NCBI GenBank assembly: GCA_965235115.1
Contig: OZ249441.1
Coordinates: 33,790,001 to 33,854,000 of the forward strand
Source of the DNA: Laetmonice hystrix
Lineage: Eukaryota
DNA length: 64,000 bases
Direction of reading: 5' to 3'
The notes under the pieces were generated by a model. That model ran no database searches. It worked only from the letters and a program-made list of their open reading frames with translations, and had not been told where the DNA came from. Below, piece after piece: positions 36,001 through 53,378 of this stretch. The first letter of the stretch is position 1. Every line of letters starts with the position of its first letter. The translations under genes were made by a program, and so were the position numbers.

Positions 36001-36348
36001 ACATTGAACAGAAGTTTTTTTTCAAGGGGGAGATGACCGAAAAGGGAGCGAATTTGGCAACATGCAAATTCATTTTAGCCCTTTTATTTCAAAGTGGATA
36101 AAGGGTTCATTAATTACTTAAAATCTTACTCTGCCAGCCTTGTGGGGCACGTCTAATGAGAATCCTCATTAATTAATTATCACATTTTACACAGACGATA
36201 ATTTACACCTCATAGGACTAGATGCAGAAAATGTCACAAATCAAAAGTAGACAATATCTATAATTAAACATACTACATTAAACAAGTAAGAGCATCGAAT
36301 GAACTAGTAGTGTTTTGTAACGAACATCATCACAATCATATTCCTTAC

Positions 36349-39300
36349 TCAGAATTCACTATTGAGAAGACCTGCCTGCCATATGTTATAAAGTCTCCTT
36401 AACAATAACAAAACAATAGCCAGTCCCAGCAGGGCCATGAACAGTATGGCAATGGGGTTTTCACGGTTTGGGGTGTTTGGTGCTGGAATTTCTGCACTGC
36501 CGAATGATGCTGGCGATGAAGTAGGAGGTGTGGTTGTCATAGACGTGGCAGTGCCAGTCCTTTGCCGGAGCCCCGTTGTTGTGGTGTTGGTTTGTGAGAT
36601 GGTGGTGGTTCCGGCCGCAGCGGTCGCGGACGACGTGGGAGCACTGGTTGTCACGGAGGGTGCGGCGGTTGGTGCCGATGGTGATGAAGAAGTCGTGGCT
36701 CCTGTTGAGGATGGTACGGAGGGTTGTGATGACGACGCAGACAGACCTGATGCAGCATTACCTCGACTCTCCTGGTTTCTGTTTGGGGTGCTTCTCGTTG
36801 CTTCATCACTTCTGGGTGTTGACGCGGAGGACGTTGTAGGAACTGATGACGGTGCTGTCGATTGCTCTGGTCTTGACGTGGATACTGGTGCGGCTGGAGG
36901 TACAGTCCTGTAGGGAGACGTAAGGCCAGGTCCTACACCTGGTCCTGCACCTGGTCCTGCACCTGGTCCTGCACCTGGTCCTGCACCTGGTCCTGCACCT
37001 GGTCCTGCACCTGGTCCTGCACCTGGTCCTGCACCTGGTCCTGCACCTGGTCCTGCACCTGGTCCTGCACCTGGTCCTGCACCTGGTCCTGCACCTGGTC
37101 CTGCACCTGGTCCTGCACCTGGTCCTGCACCTGGTCCTGCACCTGGTCCTGCACCTGGTCCTGCACCTGGTCCTGCACCTGGTCCTGCACCTGGTCCTGC
37201 ACCTGGTCCTGCACCTGGTCCTGCACCTGGTCCTGCACCTGGTCCTGCACCTGGTCCTGCACCTGGTCCTGCACCTGGTCCTGCACCTGGTCCTGCACCT
37301 GGTCCTGCACCTGGTCCTGCACCTGGTCCTGCACCTGGTCCTGCACCTGGTCCTGCACCTGGTCCTGCACCTGGTCCTGCACCTGGTCCTGCACCTGGTC
37401 CTGCAGCAGGACTTGCCCCTGCTGACTGGGCAGCTCGTGCGGCCATCATCATCATCATCATTTGTTGGTTCATCATCATTGGATTAAAGAAGGGGGGCCA
37501 CACCCCAGAGCCTGGCGACATGGGGGACCCTGCCGGGTTAGGGGACATAGTCCTCGGGGGCATCGCCCCGGGCCAGAACGGGTTCATCGGTAGCTGAGCA
37601 CCGACGGCGTTCCCATTAGTCATGCCCGGCATCACTCCTCCTGGGGGCATCATCCCTGGTGGCATCATGGGAAAACGTCCTGTGAAGAGCTGTGGAGAGA
37701 ATGGTGGGAATGGGGGCATGGTGGGAGCAGCTGGGGAGGCTGCACCACCACTTGTAGGGGGTACACCACCAGGCTGAGGTACACTTGCTGATGGACCCGC
37801 AGGTGTGGCTGCTGCCGACGCTGAAGGGGAAGGTCCTTGGGCGTCGCCATTTTTTTCTTTTCCTTTGTCCTTTTCCTTCTCTCCCTGTGAACGAAATATA
37901 AATAATATTATAATAGATAAGTGTCATGTCCATGTATTTTCTAATCAAAAGAGTAAACCTCCAAAATGGGCGGTGAGGTGGCGCCCCCTGGTGATGGCAG
38001 ACTGAAGCAGTGAGGGACTGTAAAGTACGGAAACAAAAGCGCCACCTATGGGCTGCAACGGCAGTCCCCCATATCATGTTCGGTTTATTACATTATCTGT
38101 TCATTCATAAAAAAAAATTGTCAATTTTCTTTAAAATTTTCTAGGATATATCCTGCAATACATGGTCTAAGTGCAAAGGAAGAAAGTAAAGAACAAGAGC
38201 TTGTGAATGACTGAGAGACTGAAATTGCTGAATTTAAATTCTTTACTTTTCCACTAGGGGGCGCCACATACTGCTGACGGTTTGAAAAATTAATTATGCC
38301 TGATCCAAAGTCCATTGCAGCAGATGTTACCAAACCTCCACAGTTAAACTAGCACAATAAGATTAAATTTTAACATCTATATAACTCCGAGAATCAGAGT
38401 GGGAAACCAATATTAGGCCTACAGGATTCAGTTCATACCAATTAATTTTGTTTTTATGGGATTCCCAGGTTTACAACACGTACCTGGAAATTAATTTGTG
38501 AGGCGAGTTCCTTGGCCTCTTGACTTGTGGCTTTTGACGCCTCTGTGACTGGTTTCAGGATGGTCCGCACACTGCCACATTCTGGGCATTTCCAGTCTAG
38601 AGACCTGTAACATAACCATATACTTTTAATTTTCATACATTACAACAAAAATCAAATTTTGCACCAAATACCAAATTACCAATTATTGGCAATATTGAGT
38701 GTTTTAACAATCAAGGCACTAGACCATTCCACATGTCTGTACCGAACTTGTTTTATTATTTTTGATTTAATTTTTTTTTCTTTCACCTTCTGAAATTATA
38801 ACCAGTTTGCGTGCCACCAAGATATTTTAGAGAATAAGGTATGGAATACTAAAATGTGAAAGAAAACAACTAACTTTTTAGCAAGCATCTTGCGTTCCTC
38901 GCTGGTGTAATCCAGGGATCCAATAGCACCATTTCCATGTGTTGGCATGAATCCAATGATCGCAAGAAGAGCTGTCCGTACTGCAAGGAAAGTACTTCTT
39001 TTTTTAGTTTCACTTGAAAACTGCTCAGAGTATATTTGTGACCAAGTCCTTAAAGATATTTTCCTTCCAGATTAGCATAGAATTTATACAGATCAAGTTA
39101 TCAAAGTCTACATGAAATTCAATTTTTTCTGTTGTTGATAACTTTTGAACAGCAAGGTCAGATCCATTGACTCTCATGGCAATTAATTTACATTTCGATA
39201 TTTAGAAATCTGGTTCATCAAATAGTAAAATTTAAATTGGAACTTACTTGACCAAGAAGGCTGCCATGACTCTGGATGATGACCTGAGATGCTGAGACAG

Positions 39301-41265
39301 ATCTTTTTGTAGGTTTCAAACCTACCATTGGGCTGAAAAAAGGAAATAACTGATCAACTAACTGATCTGACAAACAAAATGATTTATGCTTTAGCTGCTT
39401 AACAATTAATTTCGTTATCCTGATATGACCTAGAGAAAAAAAATCACCTTGTTGTGCAAATATATATCTACATATACTTACAGTGAGAAGCATGATACTT
39501 GGAGGTTTCATGGGGTATTCTGGTGGTAGAACAATACGTCCATGATATACACCATTGTCAAACTCTGAGTCAGCTGGGCCTCGAATAGTAAAGTGCCATT
39601 CAAATAAATTATCCTGGAAAAAATAAAAGGAAGCATAACTTAGATCAGCTTTTGTTTTTTTTTAAACTGCTCTGAGTTATATCACAACTTTTTCTAGGAC
39701 TATGTATCGCAAATCTATCTACCCTACCTCAAGTGGTTGTGCATAGTACTGCTCTGTGGGTTCCCGCAGCTCTTGGGCTTCTTTCATCAAACGTTTCACC
39801 GCTGAAAAAAAATGCCGACACATTACCATATTTTTTCTTGCTCGTATTGCATGGATGAGAGTGAGGATAACTTAGATGTTGGTTAATACTGAAAGGTCTA
39901 CATACATGTACTTTATTCCTGTGCAACAGTAGCAACCAACAAGCTGGAGTATAACTGTAGTACTGAATCTTATGAATGGGGCGAGGTAAGGCATGGGGGT
40001 TTTGGGGTTCAGTTACACACTGGATGTGACTGGTAGACATGTGATAGGGGGTGGGTCAGACTAACACAGCCAGGCGCAGGGGTTGTAGTCCGAGGGATGC
40101 TTGGTTACCGGCGTCACTAGTGAAAGATGTGGGGGGAAACCGCAAGTTGGCCTTGTGTCTGCAAGGTGCACTAATGGAAGGGCGCATTAAAGTTAGGGTA
40201 CGGTATGCACGAAGGTAGGGGTACAAAAGGGTAGAGCATCTAGATCTAGGGGCTTGGTCAATAATAAATATTGTCTTATTATACATACACTAGATACTAA
40301 TTATCATTAGGTGGTAGTGTATATTTAGCTGGCTAAATAATGGCTAAATAAGATTATTTCAGTTTGACTAATTACTGAATCCAAACAAATTGCTTGGGTT
40401 AGGACTTAGGGTCAGGCCTAGGGATAGTTTTTTTTTGGGGGGGGCAGAAGCTATTTTACCAGCAGATGTTTGATCATTGGTCATGTGACCAAGAATCATG
40501 AATTCTATTGGATTATATTTGCTGGTCAAATAGTTAGGTTTGATAAGACCTCTGAAAAAATGTCTCTTTGCATTTAGTTTGGGCTAAAATTAATAAAGCT
40601 GACGCTAACCCTATCCCTACCACTATTGCACTAACCTTCACTGAATTTCTTAGCTAGCCTTGGGTGCGTTCCTCATCTATCGTTATCCTGTCGTGCGTTA
40701 AAATCCCCATTGAAAACACACTGGAGTTAACGATACGACAAGCTAACGACATGATGAGGAACACCCCCCTAGTTTGTTACTAGTTAGTCAAACTCGTACT
40801 TCCTTATTTAACCAGCCGCTGGTCAAATAGACACTCCCTTTATTTTTGTCTCAAATTCGATGTAGCCTAAAGCCCAGTTTATAGTCCGTAGGCTGACCCT
40901 CGGCCAGCCATCGCTGAACGTTTATTGTTGCAGCGATCCGGCCATCGGCCAACCAATCGCTGAGAGTTAAGTCTACGTGAACTTTGACCGATGGTCGGGC
41001 GATGCTGACATGGTGACGAACTATAAACCGGCCTTTAATTGGATAGTCAGCTATTTAACCATAGAGTATTTTCAAATAGGATTGAAGTTTACTGCTGGTT
41101 AAATATATACTACCAAACTCTAAACTAAACAGTAAATTTCGTAAAGACTAAAGTCAAAACAAAAGTAAAAACTGGAAAGATGAATTCAACTTGAACTTCT
41201 TCCCCCACCCCGGCCAAACCACCATTAAATTTACCTGGACTCCTGAGATTGTATTGCCCAGCCAT
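36349..41265 (-). CDS. UBE2J1: Ubiquitin-conjugating enzyme E2 J1 (ERAD, tail-anchored), ~694 aa with an expanded linker
   Basis: Exons 41265-41235, 39801-39728, 39613-39482, 39332-39248, 38980-38875, 38604-38484, 37884-36349. Reads MAGQYNLRSPAVKRLMKEAQELREPTEQYYAQPLEDNLFEWHFTIRGP..YHGRIVLPPEYPMKPPSIMLLTPNGRFETYKKICLSISGHHPESWQPSWSIRTALLAIIGFMP. C-terminal TM anchor IAILFMALLGLAIVLLLLRRLY. Confidence 0.96.
36947..37402 (-). repeat. 38 perfect copies of a 12-nt unit encoding (GPGA)n within UBE2J1 last exon
   Basis: GCACCTGGTCCT x38 (456 nt) on the plus strand, with no synonymous variation. Followed in the protein by one GPGV and one GPGL. Confidence 0.95.
40458..40567 (+). repeat. Dispersed repeat, homologous to 44943-45045
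   Basis: Shared GGTCATGTGACCAAG.ATCATGAATTCTATTGGAT...CTGGTCAAATAGT.AGGTTT.ATAAGACCTCTGAAAAAATGTCTCT. A second shared block lies at ~40811-40846 vs ~45123-45160. Confidence 0.75.
40871..41034. mobile_element. Small MITE (Harbinger-like) in UBE2J1 intron 1
   Basis: AGCCCAGTTTATAGT ... ACTATAAACCGGCCT inverted ends in a TAA/TTA context. Confidence 0.55.
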
Positions 41266-41379
41266 CACGAATGCTGCAGACCGCACACGCCCAAAGAAAA
41301 TATCGCCTTTGTCACTTGAGGTGCCTAAGTAACCAAGTTTGACATTACGGGATCCTCGGCTCAGATCAGTCCTTCTTCC

Positions 41380-42322
41380 TGTGGCCTCTTCCTGTCCCTG
41401 TTTATGTGGTGTCGCCGAAATATCTGACGTGGCGAATTGACAAAGTTACACGAGTTGTCATTGGTGCGCTCCGATTCTACGGATTCTACGGACCAATCAA
41501 TATCAAGCTTACTCACAATACCGGCACATAGTACTTCCGGTCACGATGAGATTTGGGGGTTGTTCATAATTATGATGCGTGTAAAACAGTTCTCGAGGGA
41601 CCGTCAGACTCAGAGACCTGAGATTACGTCTCTGGTTAGAGCTCAGGGGATAGCTTAATCCTTAAAAAAAAAACTCCTGTAGAGTCTACTGCAGTGTAGG
41701 CCTAACGTTAGTGTAGAAAATATCGGATCCACTCCTGCCAGGCAAAGATATCAGAAAGGAACTTAGATTTATCATAGGAGATGTCTCCTACACATCTAAC
41801 GTTGTAGGCTATTGGTTTCATTGATTAGCCTCAGTCACTGAGTCAGCCTAAAATCCCTAAACAACCATTTTTGTACAAGCAATCTTTGGATGCGTAGAGT
41901 CACACGCTGAATGTATGTGTATTGAAATGTGTGCATGCTTTTTTTTTTATTAGATTTGAACAAAAGGATTTGATTTTAACATACTACTTGCTACGTCTAT
42001 GACCGCACCATGCAGAAAGCCCGACGGTTTGCGATGGCGGCCAGCGTTCGCAACAGATTCGTAAATTGAACAAGCAAGCTACTGTCTCAGATTACTAATT
42101 GTTATAATATTCTAAACAAGCGAAGGAAATTCTAATTTCACCGGCGGCAACTCAAAGAAATATTTTGAGGGCTACAGGATATAGTATTTCAGTCCTGTAG
42201 AAACTTTGATATAGCTATGAAGCAATATGAATCTATCTGGACTACAAGTGGGATTGTGGTTAAATTAAATTTATTGATCTGAGACCCAGAGACACGCGTG
42301 CTCGAAACTCAAAACAAGTGTG
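41380..42322. promoter_or_regulatory. Head-to-head (likely bidirectional) promoter of UBE2J1 and NSUN4
   Basis: The divergent ATGs are 1058 nt apart. Contains TGACGTGG (41425-41432), CCAAT (~41492) and the ETS-type ACTTCCGGT (~41534). Confidence 0.55.
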
Positions 42323-48175
<5,853 letters not shown>

Positions 48176-49600
48176 TCATTCTTTAAACTGTAGATCTTTA
48201 AGGAATACTGTGATTATATGATGTGCTTTGTCTATTTGTTGATACCACTGTACTTGAACCTGCCACATTTCGTACAACTACATGTGTATAAGTTTATTTG
48301 GCCCTCTGTTTGTATTGTACATGTATACATGGTGATTTGTCCATGTACTAAGTGTGCAAACAGCATGACGGACCCTTACGATCTTTGATATACATTTTCC
48401 ACTGTCCATCAGATTTTATGAAAACAATGAAACATATAACCTGTCCAAACAGGAAAACAAACTTCGAATTGTTCTTTGATTTCCCGACATGCCTTAGTTC
48501 AGTTTTACTCAGATCTGAGTACGTGTAGTGTGAGGCCCACACACTACTAATCTGTAGTATACTGTGTTGTACATATTATGTTAGCGGCCCATTGTATAAG
48601 TGTGAGTGTGACTTGTGACCCAACTTATTCATATTGAGTGGAAACATATAACATAGACTCAGTGATATATGTCCGTGTGCCTCACGTCGTTGTCTCAATG
48701 TAGAAATGACGGGAGAGAATTCATTGCATTATTCCGTTTACCTCGCTGTCGATCTCTGAAGGTCATGTGGCTACGTATAAAATTTTCGCAAGGAGAAGCA
48801 TTCCCCTAGCGATAATATATGTTATGATCACACCCCCCCCCCCCCGTCGTCTTTAGTACGCTAGGAAAAACTGGACACAGCCGTCAGTCCGTGACCGATC
48901 GAACACTGCGCCACCTGGTGTACGAACCTAGAATTAGGGTGTCGAGGTAGATCCACACTTGGCGCAAATAAAATCTGCTATTTCGGGTACATGAATGGGC
49001 GTGGACTCCTCATAACTGTTAACGTATATACGTCTGAACTAAATTAATGTCTCAATGGCTCTGATCTTATGGCTAGCTTGGGGTTGTCTTGGGTGAAGAA
49101 TTATAGCGAAGTCTGTAGAAGCCATCCATGTATACACCCCGTACATGTAACCTTGTACATGTCCTTGTAAAAATAAGTCTCAACATGCCCATCCCCACAG
49201 ACCACTTGGAGATCAAGGCTAGAATCATTCCCCCACCACCATCACCACCACCAACAGCACTGGCTGTTCATAAAAGGCGATGGATGGGGCAAGGGCTGGC
49301 GTGGGGAAGCAGTTATTGTATTGCAGAATCATGTGTGTGACTCAGATTAATTGGGGCCTTTCTAGCCCAATTTCTCTCACTCGCCTTCCTCAGTGTTTCT
49401 CAACTTGATCGGCAAAGTATTTTATATGTCCAGTCGTGTCTCTGCGTCTGGGCAGATAAAAGACGTTTGAATGTTTTCTTTTTCACCTTGAAAATGGCTA
49501 AAATCCTGGGAATATGGCGAAACCCAACTCACCATCCATGCAGTGACTATAGGAGTCGGATTTTAACAGAACAAACATTGTTACAGAGCTCTTTGTGATT

Positions 49601-49699
49601 GATATTATGTGGCAGGAATCGGGTTACGTTCCAACATTGAACTGAGTCCGATATTATGTGGCAGGAATCGGGTTACGTTCCAACATTGAACTGAGTCCG
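49601..49699. repeat. Exact 49-bp tandem duplication
   Basis: GATATTATGTGGCAGGAATCGGGTTACGTTCCAACATTGAACTGAGTCC x2. Confidence 0.9.
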
Positions 49700-50665
49700 A
49701 AGTTGTTTGTATGAACCTGGTGCCGGTATTGGCGCGTCTATAGGAGCTGTCGGATATATTCCCACAGAGGTTAGTCTCCTTCACTTCGGGTAAACATGGA
49801 CTTTGGTTTAGTGAGAAACTGTTGATGGTATTCAGATGGATATACGTAGAGGAGGGGCGGGGGAGGGGTTGGGGGTAGAAATAAATTAGATTCTAGGATT
49901 GGAACAACGCCGTGTACCTTTCTCTTTCTGTCCGCGTGCGTGTGGGTACTATATGAATGGTGCAGGTGTGGCCAGATCTGTAATTCAGCAATAAGACAAG
50001 CCGTTTGATATCACTTCATTAACAACCTTGATGCCAAATTGGGCCTGCTTGTGTAGAATTCTCCTCAATCGTCGCTTTAGCTTTCAAGATTGTTCATTAA
50101 TTTCGTTTCAAACAATCTTATATTTTTCCAACGAAAGACGAAAGGCTTTCCCCTCTCTCTGTCTCTCTGAAATCGCTGAAGCTGAAGGGGTGCGTGTTTG
50201 GTGTCGAGGTTAAAAAGCGAGTGTGTGTTTGGTGGCCGTTGGTTGTGGTGTGTCGAGGCCGGGGGCCGGACTACCCCCGGCCCGCCTTGGCCTGGGTCCC
50301 CGCCGAGGTCGACAATCGCCCGATTGAAGTCTGTCCCGTCCACGGTGGCGCCCGTCACTAAACAAGCCGGGAGTCCTGCGCCGTCGCTCCGGGCCCTGAC
50401 CGGGGTCCGTTTCCTTACATTCATCATCATTTTGAGGTCGGTCACCCTGCTCATTAGACATAAAAGGCAGCCAAAGCTTCCCGCTGCTGCCACTGCAATT
50501 TTGCACTCAGGCGTTAGAGTAAAAGCATAGGTTTCGTAACGTGCCAGTTATTGAACTGAAAAACGAAAATAAAAAATCGCAGGCGTAAAACCGTATTAGA
50601 GTATAGCGTTTTCCCGGTGCCGCTGGACACTGACCACAATTAACCTGTAGCACCTTTTTGTGAAG

Positions 50666-50856
50666 GGGTGGGTGGGTGGGTGTTTGGGGTTTTACGCCTT
50701 GCAACAGCCAGGGTCATAATACGGCGGTGAATATGATGATGAAAGTCAGTTTTTATTGGTGGAGGAAACCGGAGTCCCCGGAGGAAACCATTGACCTTCG
50801 GGAAGGAACTGACTGACAAATCTTCCACACATGCAGCCCTGGCTGGGGAGCGAACC
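50666..50856 (-). mobile_element. 5'-truncated tRNA-derived SINE with V/Meta-type core
   Basis: Minus strand: GGTTCG (B-box remnant) ... GGTTTCCTCCGGGGACTCCGGTTTCCTCCACCAATAAAAACTGAC ... GGCGTAAAACCCCAAACA, then a (CACC)n tail. Confidence 0.75.
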
Positions 50857-52860
50857 TTTTTGTGAAGAATAGAGAAGTAATGCTTGGGTATCCGACACGG
50901 TTTCTTGTACCCATCTCGTCGCTAACAGAATGATTTAGGTGATTTGTTGTATTGTATCGCCCTATATTGATAGCCATTGAATGTTTCCTGGGTTTAAAAC
51001 CATGACCTATAATCTATAATTCATTCACACACTCGCTCAGTTGGCGCAAAGAGATGGTCTAATTTCTTTAATTTCCTTCTTTTCTTTTCTTCGCATTTAA
51101 TCTGGATCATTGCTTATAAAATTTTTAATGTGAATTAAATGTCCCTTACACTAAGCGTCATTTGGTAAAGTTTGGTTTTTCTTTTATTTATAAAATCTTA
51201 AAAAGTAAACAGCCGAATTGAGTCTGTTTTGGCGACTTCGAGTGCATTGACCTAGACAACTGCCTCGAGTCGGTAAAAGTCGCCCGGGAACATTACTCAA
51301 GGCGTACAAAAACTTCGTCTTTGTATGCCCCCTAGGCCATTTATATAGTCTACTTGCGTATCAGTTATTGGTCAAAACTTAGATTCATATAGGCAGAAAT
51401 TGGAAACAGATTCATGGATCTTTACGTAATCACTCAAATCAGAAATATTCAAGATATGAATATACGAAACAATACGCTCAGAACTGGAAATGGTTGATGT
51501 CTGGGTATAAGCTATCGGAGGGCATGTTAAAAAGGGTGTGTGTTTTTTAGGTTTGTTTGTTTTTTTCACTTCTTTTTCTCTTCAACAATTATACAGATAT
51601 AGGTTTGTTTCACGAGGTATAATTAGCGATGTTTGCCGTAAGTTTTATAGCATGTATACAGTGTTTTGCAACATTAAGATCTTTCACAAAGATTCCTGAT
51701 AAGTCTTCCGGCAGAAAATATGACAATGAATAGAGAAAGTGGTGAAAATCGCTTTAGAGTATACCTGGGTCGGTTTATACGAAACGTCTGTACAGGCCTA
51801 TACTATTATGTATATACCGACATTACTAATTATTTCAATACAAGGCCAGTATAGGCCTACTTATTTTATGGGTTTGTGGTGTATATATAGCACTATGAGA
51901 ACACAATTGTTGGTGATGAGAGAACCCACCAGGTGCGAGCGGTGCGCCATGGGGTTTATTGTCCTCAGAGTGCTCTACGAGTGTCGCAAACACTAGCCGG
52001 GACAATGCTGCCACGAGGGCGCGCTGCAGTCGGCCGGCGTGGCTGACGCTCGACTTGCTTTGATCAGAATGGTCGGGCGGATGTCGAGTGAGTGTAGGTG
52101 CCGACACATGGATGTTGCTCTCTGTTTGTTGTCGTGGATGGCTTGACACCGAATCGAAGACACCTGGCGTGGTGTCGGGAGGGAGGGCGGTGGGCAACGT
52201 CCCACCAGCCGTGTGGTGTTGGGCTACCGACTTACATATAAAAGCGCTGGTATATACAAAACGATGCGGAAGACCACTTTGCTATTGTCATTGTAGTTGT
52301 GTTGTGATCCCCTGGGGCCGGGGCGGGGGTATGGGGGTTGAGGGTAAATGGATATAACTCTAGGGACACGATCAAAGAGGATCGAGTTTCACAGCTACTT
52401 TTACTTAAAATCCACGGTATGATCACAGGTCACAAAGTAGGGCCTATACTCATCGGATAGTGTCGGCACAGGTCACAAAGTAGGCATAGTTCCCCTACTC
52501 ATCGGAGAGTGTCTGCAGTGTCTGGAACAATAGCCGGGGCGCGGCGGGGGGCTTTGGTTTAGTTTGTTCTGTGAGTTTGTTTGTTTGTTTCTTGAATACC
52601 GATGGTTTAATGGTTCCATAATTGTGGAATAACAATGGATATACACACGTATTCTTTCGTGGGGCAAGGTCATAATCAACCAAGCCATAATCAGTATGCA
52701 TTCATTGAGTGACGCTGAATTAAAGGAATACATTGTATATGGGATGTCCATTTGAGATCAATTCATTAGCCCGTTTAAGAGGCCTGCGAGTAGTATAGGT
52801 CTGTATTAGAGCTATCAGTGGTTACCTATCAGGTATAGGTACAGATAGCCTAAACATTAA

Positions 52861-53378
52861 AGGGGCATGCTATGAAACACGTTTTGGAGGATTTCCGGCA
52901 ATTATCCAACATGACCGTGTACTCGGGATCCAAGTAAATAATCCTACCACAGCATTTTGTCCTCCGACGTGTTTTCGCTGCGTATGCAGCACAAGTAGAT
53001 TCTATACGACCAAACCTATAGATTTCTCCCGATAGCACATCTCCCGCCATAATTTGCTATATCGACAACCTCCCATTACCCGGGTAATTGCATACTATGT
53101 CACATCCTGCGTGTGCACTCTCTGCATGTGCTTAGTCACGTGCTTCGCTTAGTTGTAAACAATTCAGCAGTTGCACTCGATCGTCCGGCATCAGAATGCC
53201 ACCTAAAAAATATTTTACGAAATCGGCAGAAAAGCGGGCAAGGGAGCTTCATAAACTTCGATTTCTCACGCAAAATGAAACTGATAGGTCTGTCTTTGTT
53301 TACCAAAGGATCTCTTTATGAAAACAGCAAAAGTTCTTTGAAATACCGATTTTTCACGTTTCCTCATAATATGCCCCT
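52861..53378. mobile_element. Kolobok-like MITE (TTAA TSD)
   Basis: ACATTAA|AGGGGCAT ... ATGCCCCT|TTAATGT. Confidence 0.8.

Noticed and set aside
36437-37394. (QDQV)n ORF and antisense ORFs in UBE2J1
   Set aside because: Alternative frames of the 12-nt GPGA repeat and of the real exon.
48945-48962. TAGATCCACACT resembling part of miR-279
   Set aside because: The seed region does not match and no convincing hairpin was seen.
50077-50530. Three overlapping ORFs in a GC-rich patch
   Set aside because: No domain resemblance, non-ATG or weak starts, and no consistent splice partners; kept only as a non-coding island.
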